Both the position numbers and the translations under genes were made by a program. The notes beneath the pieces are model-generated. The model was given only the letters and a program-made list of their open reading frames with translations. It ran no database searches and was not told the DNA's origin. Below are positions 56,462-60,476 of a stretch of 60,476 bases of DNA, piece by piece (positions within the stretch are counted from its first letter, which is position 1; the number at the start of each line of letters is the position of its first letter). The DNA lies in IMG/VR virus record IMGVR_UViG_3300048996_000064, positions 1-60,476 of that record; one strand, 5' to 3'. This stretch comes from a virus (Duplodnaviria > Caudoviricetes).

Positions 56462-56483
56462 TCTCCGACATGAATGTCGGAGA
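56462..56483. repeat. Perfect 10-bp inverted repeat with 2-nt spacer
   Basis: TCTCCGACAT-GA-ATGTCGGAGA. Confidence 0.7.
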
Positions 56484-56592
56484 GTGGGGAATCTTATATA
56501 CCTCTTATGTGATAATAGCCTTCGTAGTCTATGGCTATCAGTTTGTTATTTATGTGATTGGCAGTTTGATTATAATGTAATAGGTTTGAATC

Positions 56593-57105
56593 ATGGAAGA
56601 AATTTTACCAGTATTCCCTATCAAAGCCTTTGACAGAAAAGGAGAGTTGAAATATGCTCCGCCAGTAAGCGAGCATGAGTTCCACTTTATTATAAAAAAT
56701 GCCTCTAAAAGAAAGCTTAAAGGTTACGGTTTCAGAAAATGGACAGGTGATCTGTGGCTATTCCCACGCGAATGGTATAACATTATACCTGACGGATACC
56801 CGGTTATCCATGCTGCACTATCGCTCGGCATTGGTAAAAGTGAAATATTTAAAAAAGATAAAACCAGCGACGATGAAAAATTCGGGTGCCTTCATTATGG
56901 CATAAGAATAAATAGAAGCCCATCATTCAATGACCTGGTATATAGATTCTCTTTGGCAACAATCTTTCTTTGCCTGATACTGATTGCTGGTGAAAAGCTG
57001 GTAGAGAAAAGTTTTGGTTTGATGACATGTGCATGCGCGGCCGGGATAGTTGGCTCAATATTAATGGCATTAAAAGCCAAAAGGAATACCAGAAGGAGCA
57101 GGTGA
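56593..57105 (+). CDS. Moron gene, C-terminal two-TM protein
   Basis: Consensus TAGGTTTG -7 box at 56581-56588 just upstream; two C-terminal hydrophobic helices. Confidence 0.55.
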   Translation: MEEILPVFPIKAFDRKGELKYAPPVSEHEFHFIIKNASKRKLKGYGFRKWTGDLWLFPREWYNIIPDGYPVIHAALSLGIGKSEIFKKDKTSDDEKFGCLHYGIRINRSPSFNDLVYRFSLATIFLCLILIAGEKLVEKSFGLMTCACAAGIVGSILMALKAKRNTRRSR

Positions 57106-57151
57106 ATTACTTCTTTTTGTTTCATTAGTAGATTGCATTATTATTGCTTGC

Positions 57152-57742
57152 ATGTTTACTTTTACACATAAACAAATAGTTGAGATCGCTTATAAGTGGT
57201 TGCTGAAGAATGGCGGCGTTGGTGTAGCTTTCAAGGAATTGAAATCCTGTGCTGATGAAATCCCAGATGTTATTGGCTTCGATTCATATCAGTCTATTCT
57301 GATCGAATGCAAGGTATCACGATCAGACTTTTTGCAAGATAAGAATAAGCCACATCGAGCCAAAGGAATGGGTAATTGGAAATATTTCTGTTGCCCTAAA
57401 GGTTTGATAAAAAAAGAAGAGTTGCCAGACAAGTGGGGATTAATCTACGTTGATGAACAAGGGAAGGCTCGCATTGAATATGATTGCAGGAAGAAAAAGA
57501 TCAATGAAGGTTGGCCTCAGGAATGGATGAAGAAAGAATATCCTGAAGGATATATACGAACGGTTACAGCCGATGAAAACAAATTTGAGGCTGACACAGA
57601 AGAAGAAAGGAGAATAATGTACACTGCTCTAAGAAGATTAATGTTACGCGGATTTATGAGACATATCTATGAAGAAACAGATTCTAAGTCCCATCCAGAT
57701 GTAAATGAGGTTATAGCATTGAATCAAACACTTTTTGAATAA
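57152..57742 (+). CDS. PD-(D/E)XK nuclease-like phage protein (MmcB-like)
   Basis: EIPDVIGF...ILIECKVSRSDFLQD...GMG...YF.CP...ELPDKWGL. Confidence 0.7.
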   Translation: MFTFTHKQIVEIAYKWLLKNGGVGVAFKELKSCADEIPDVIGFDSYQSILIECKVSRSDFLQDKNKPHRAKGMGNWKYFCCPKGLIKKEELPDKWGLIYVDEQGKARIEYDCRKKKINEGWPQEWMKKEYPEGYIRTVTADENKFEADTEEERRIMYTALRRLMLRGFMRHIYEETDSKSHPDVNEVIALNQTLFE

Positions 57743-57951
57743 TGCAATCATTTGTATTTGATATAGACAACGACCCTTATAAAGTAGAAGATAAAGAGCT
57801 ATACTATTTAGTTACTTTCCCTGACCTGCATTCAGAAAGGTTATTTCCTTACTTAGATGAATCACAGGAAACAGCCTTTAGATTTGAAAACAGGTTGAAT
57901 GAAGAATTAGCTGGTAAGATTGGAGAAGAAATAATCAGGAATACTATGTAG
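57742..57951 (+). CDS. Small acidic hypothetical protein
   Basis: TAATG coupling to the upstream gene. Confidence 0.45.
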   Translation: MQSFVFDIDNDPYKVEDKELYYLVTFPDLHSERLFPYLDESQETAFRFENRLNEELAGKIGEEIIRNTM

Positions 57952-58375
57952 TTGTTTCTTTATGAATGTTTACTTCAAGTTCTTTTCCCATGAGAGAGTA
58001 GTATAAGTTTTGGAGTTGGTGTAGGTATTCAATAAGTTTCATCGGGGAATATATTTCCGTGCCAAATGGATTGCACAAAAAATATTTATTGTTTTCAAAG
58101 CGGCATATATTAAACAAATCATTTTTATAAATTCCGTTTGCTCTATTCTCAAACCCGCCAGCCTCTAAGATTTCAGGAGTGAGGGGAATAGGTTTCAATT
58201 TACTTTCAGGAACAAGTTGTTTAGGGCAGCGATCAATAAGCACTAACGGCTCTTCGCCATCGCCGTTACCATCAATGCCCCACGCCGGGATTCCCAACAC
58301 TGTATAAATGCCCGCATCATTGCTGATCTTGCATTTTACTTTGTTGCCTTTTCTTAAATCTTCTGTTTTGATCAT
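57944..58375 (-). CDS. YopX-like/Bacteroidetes phage hypothetical protein
   Basis: EDLRKGN, KPIPLTPEIL...GF, IEYLHQLQNLYYSL.G.EL. Confidence 0.65.
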   Translation of the reverse strand: MIKTEDLRKGNKVKCKISNDAGIYTVLGIPAWGIDGNGDGEEPLVLIDRCPKQLVPESKLKPIPLTPEILEAGGFENRANGIYKNDLFNICRFENNKYFLCNPFGTEIYSPMKLIEYLHQLQNLYYSLMGKELEVNIHKETTT

Positions 58376-58465
58376 GCCACAATACTAAATCATTTTCCCT
58401 TAATTTTACATCCCGCCTGTTAATAAATTACCTCACCTTAAAAATCTACCGCCAGATGCAGATCA

Positions 58466-58771
58466 ATGGAGAGCTTTTCTTTTTGTGTGCAAAAAAAGCA
58501 ACGGTTATATAGAATCCAGGTGGATATAACTTATAAATCTGATAATGTCATCCGCTTTAAAATACATGCCGGCACAAAATGGATGCTTGCAGAGAAGTGG
58601 CTATTCAGAAAACGGAACCAGTGGAAGCTGGGCAACCGGAACTTTACCCCGGACGACGATATCAAAGGAAATTCAGCGGTCATGATGGATATTCTGCGGG
58701 GGATCGATCAATACCTGGATCCGCTAAAACCCCGTGGTCCACACTACAAAAATGATTTCGATATAAAATAG
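58466..58771 (+). CDS. Hypothetical protein
   Basis: 101-aa ORF followed by a hairpin. Confidence 0.5.
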   Translation: MESFSFCVQKKQRLYRIQVDITYKSDNVIRFKIHAGTKWMLAEKWLFRKRNQWKLGNRNFTPDDDIKGNSAVMMDILRGIDQYLDPLKPRGPHYKNDFDIK

Positions 58772-58822
58772 TAATTTTAAGGCTGAGTTATTCAGATTCA
58801 AGAATTACCGTGAAAGATTTTT

Positions 58823-58861
58823 AAGCCATTGCAGTCGTCAGCTGTGATGGCTTTTGTTTTT
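58823..58861 (+). terminator. Intrinsic terminator
   Basis: AAGCCATTGCAG-loop-CTGTGATGGCTT followed by TTGTTTTT. Confidence 0.6.
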
Positions 58862-58903
58862 GCATGCATGCCCGAATATACATCAGCACAAAGCGGGAAA
58901 AAG

Positions 58904-58924
58904 TGTACCCTTTATTGTACCCCA
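58904..58924. repeat. Putative integrase arm-type sites (right arm)
   Basis: TGTACCC twice at 12-bp spacing; ATTGTACCCCA identical to 1433-1443. Confidence 0.65.
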
Positions 58925-58934
58925 TCCTAAAATC

Positions 58935-58972
58935 AAAAATGCAAGCACATGTAATTTAGATACTTGCATTTT
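58935..58972 (-). terminator. Phage-supplied hairpin downstream of tRNA-Lys
   Basis: AAAATGCAAG ... CTTGCATTTT inverted repeat immediately 3' of the tRNA. Confidence 0.55.
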
Positions 58973-58975
58973 ACA

Positions 58976-58991
58976 CCGTGACCCCGCACGG
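58976..58991. repeat. attR: Right attachment core
   Basis: CCGTGACCCCGCACGG, overlapping the tRNA 3' end. Confidence 0.92.
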
Positions 58992-59051
58992 GCTCGAACC
59001 GTGGACCTACTGATTAAGAGTCAGTAGCTCTACCAACTGAGCTACGGAGTC
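58979..59051 (-). tRNA. tRNA-Lys (anticodon CTT), CCA not encoded
   Basis: GACTCCG-TAGCTCAGTTGGTAGAGC-TACTGA CT CTT AA TCAGTAG-GTC-CACGG TTCGAGC CCGTG-CGGGGTC-A; all stems pair. Confidence 0.95.
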
Positions 59052-59074
59052 ATTTATGTTTATCACTGTTTCCA

Positions 59075-59130
59075 GTGACCCCGTCAGGATTCTACCAAGG
59101 CCTTTTGATCCGTAGTCAAATGCCCTATTC
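59075..59130 (-). pseudogene. Degenerate tRNA-Arg(ACG) remnant
   Basis: Minus strand GAATAGGGCA-TTTGA CT ACG GA TCAAA-AGGCCTTGGTAGAATCCTGACGGGGTCAC: intact anticodon arm and 3' acceptor strand, broken T-stem, 5' part missing. Confidence 0.7.
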
Positions 59131-59151
59131 TTCTTCACAATTTCGGGACGG

Positions 59152-59159
59152 CAAATATA
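59152..59159 (-). promoter_or_regulatory. Bacteroidetes -7 promoter box for the tRNA transcript
   Basis: TATATTTG on the minus strand matches TAnnTTTG. Confidence 0.6.
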
Positions 59160-59213
59160 GTGCATCTGGCGGGAATGATTTTTGTGGCGATTCAATTATC
59201 TAAAACATCAGCT

Positions 59214-59378
59214 ATGAAAAAGATCCTCCTGGTCATCCTGTTTGCCGTAGGTATTGGCCTGATCGCTTTTGCCAGTATGAAGAGCGTTACCAGCAAAAAC
59301 AAAAAAGAACCTACCGAGAAGAAATCAACCCCGCCAGAGAAGAAAAAAGAGGGCAAAAGGTCCTGTTGGATGAGTTGA
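59214..59378 (+). CDS. Small host secreted/membrane peptide
   Basis: MKKILLVILFAVGIGLIAFAS followed by a Lys-rich tail. Confidence 0.5.
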   Translation: MKKILLVILFAVGIGLIAFASMKSVTSKNKKEPTEKKSTPPEKKKEGKRSCWMS

Positions 59379-59724
59379 TTTGCTCCAAAATACAGCCCTG
59401 ACCCATCTATCCTAAACTGACTTGTTTTTATACCTTAAAAACCAAGCCCTTAGGTGGTTTGGGTCTGAATATGGGGTATAACTAATTGATATTCAATACG
59501 CTGATGCGTGGGCAAAAAAATTATAAATATTCTATCAAATTTAGATTTTGTGAATCTTCCAAATTGCTAATTTTGGATTACTCACCTGACCCATTACAAT
59601 TCTCCCCCATTATCCAATTGTTCTGAGATTGCCAGTTTTGATGATAGTATCGACTATTTCGGCTTGTCAAACGAAGAAGATAAAAGAATTAAACTAAATA
59701 AATAAAATAAGAAGGGAGGGCCGT

Positions 59725-59991
59725 ATGTACACTTATGATTTGCTGGAAAAAGGGTGTCACTACCTGATCAGGGAAAAACAAGATGACCCGATCACGTTGA
59801 TTAAAGTGGCTGTAGAGACAGACCACTGCCTTTTTATTCAGCGCTTTGATGATCCTACATTGACAGAATGGAAATTGAAAAAAGATGGCCTCGCTGATAT
59901 CATCGAGTGCCTGACTGATGAAGCCGTAAAAGAGTGGGAAGAACACTACACAAGCGAGGATGCCTACACTGAAGAAGAAGATGAGGATTAA
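59725..59991 (+). CDS. Host hypothetical protein
   Basis: 88 aa with an acidic C-terminus. Confidence 0.6.
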   Translation: MYTYDLLEKGCHYLIREKQDDPITLIKVAVETDHCLFIQRFDDPTLTEWKLKKDGLADIIECLTDEAVKEWEEHYTSEDAYTEEEDED

Positions 59992-60075
59992 ACATCCCGG
60001 CCACACCATTCATGTATAATTGTACTATGGGTGATTAGAATGAATTATTTTAGATTCAACTAATCACCCTTTTTT

Positions 60076-60476
60076 ATGCATATACCATTCATTAAAAAGA
60101 TCGTACCCGCATTTTTCCTCTCTCTGTTATCTATCAGTGCCTTTGCCCAGGACAATCTTCCCAAAGACTATCTCACCAAAGAGTTTCATGCCGGTCGTCG
60201 TGAAGCATTGCGAAAGTTAATGCCGGATAATTCCGTAGCCGTGATATTCGCTTTCCCGACCCGCAATTTCTCCAATGATGTGGACTATTTCTATCATCAA
60301 AACCCAGACCTGTATTATTTCAGTGGCTATAAAGAACCTCATTCCCTTCTCCTGGTCTTCAAAAGTCCACAGACAGATGGCAATGGCAACACTTTCTCAG
60401 AAGCCCTGTTTGTACAGAAAAGAAGCGCTGCTGCAGAGCAATGGACAGGCAAAAGATTAGGTACAGAAGGTGCCAA
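60076..60476 (+). CDS. pepP: Xaa-Pro aminopeptidase (aminopeptidase P N-terminal domain), partial, host gene
   Basis: Signal peptide, then EFHAGRREALRKLMP.NSVAVIFA...RNFSNDVDY.YHQNPDLYYFSGYKEP...EQWTGKRLG; runs off the window. Confidence 0.85.
   Translation, partial: MHIPFIKKIVPAFFLSLLSISAFAQDNLPKDYLTKEFHAGRREALRKLMPDNSVAVIFAFPTRNFSNDVDYFYHQNPDLYYFSGYKEPHSLLLVFKSPQTDGNGNTFSEALFVQKRSAAAEQWTGKRLGTEGA

Larger units (their letters stand above)
1288..58991. mobile_element. Prophage, siphovirus-like (HK97-type head, non-contractile tail), ~57.7 kb, integrated in tRNA-Lys(CTT)
   Basis: Flanking 16-bp direct repeats. Integrase, repressor/cro, replication, terminase, portal, protease, capsid, tail and lysis genes are in canonical order. 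Confidence 0.95.

Noticed and set aside
48361-58900. Diversity-generating retroelement or invertible tail-fibre cassette
   Set aside because: No reverse transcriptase, no invertase and no template/variable repeat pair was visible
59007-59195. 62-aa minus-strand ORF
   Set aside because: Overlaps tRNA-Lys and the tRNA-Arg remnant; spurious

Overview
The window is almost entirely one apparently complete temperate siphovirus-like prophage of about 57.7 kb (1288-58991). The host looks like a Bacteroidota: TAnnTTTG-type promoters, Bacteroidetes-style signal and lipoprotein peptides. The prophage is integrated at the 3' end of a tRNA-Lys(CTT) gene and bounded by a 16-bp direct repeat, CCGTGACCCCGCACGG. 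Gene order: tyrosine integrase; leftward immunity/lysogenic-conversion cassette; cI/cro switch; early, replication and methylase genes; terS; a 13-gene glycan biosynthesis cluster; terL; HK97-type head; non-contractile tail; signal-peptide-bearing fibre and polysaccharide lyase; lysis genes; right-end morons. The standout feature is the ~8.5 kb cluster coupled between terS and terL: about 6 glycosyltransferase-like genes, Gmd, a DegT aminotransferase, a cupin, 3 methyltransferases and an Ntn protease. The portal and tail tube both end in FDES-stop and the capsid ends in GSAGS-stop. Together these suggest a self-contained virion glycosylation system with its own sugar pathway; this is an inference and is untested. 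The left flank holds a decayed pentapeptide-TIR gene and an orphan paralog of the prophage Xis-like gene. The right flank holds a tRNA-Arg remnant and the start of a host Xaa-Pro aminopeptidase. All functional calls come from motifs read by eye; no database searches were run.
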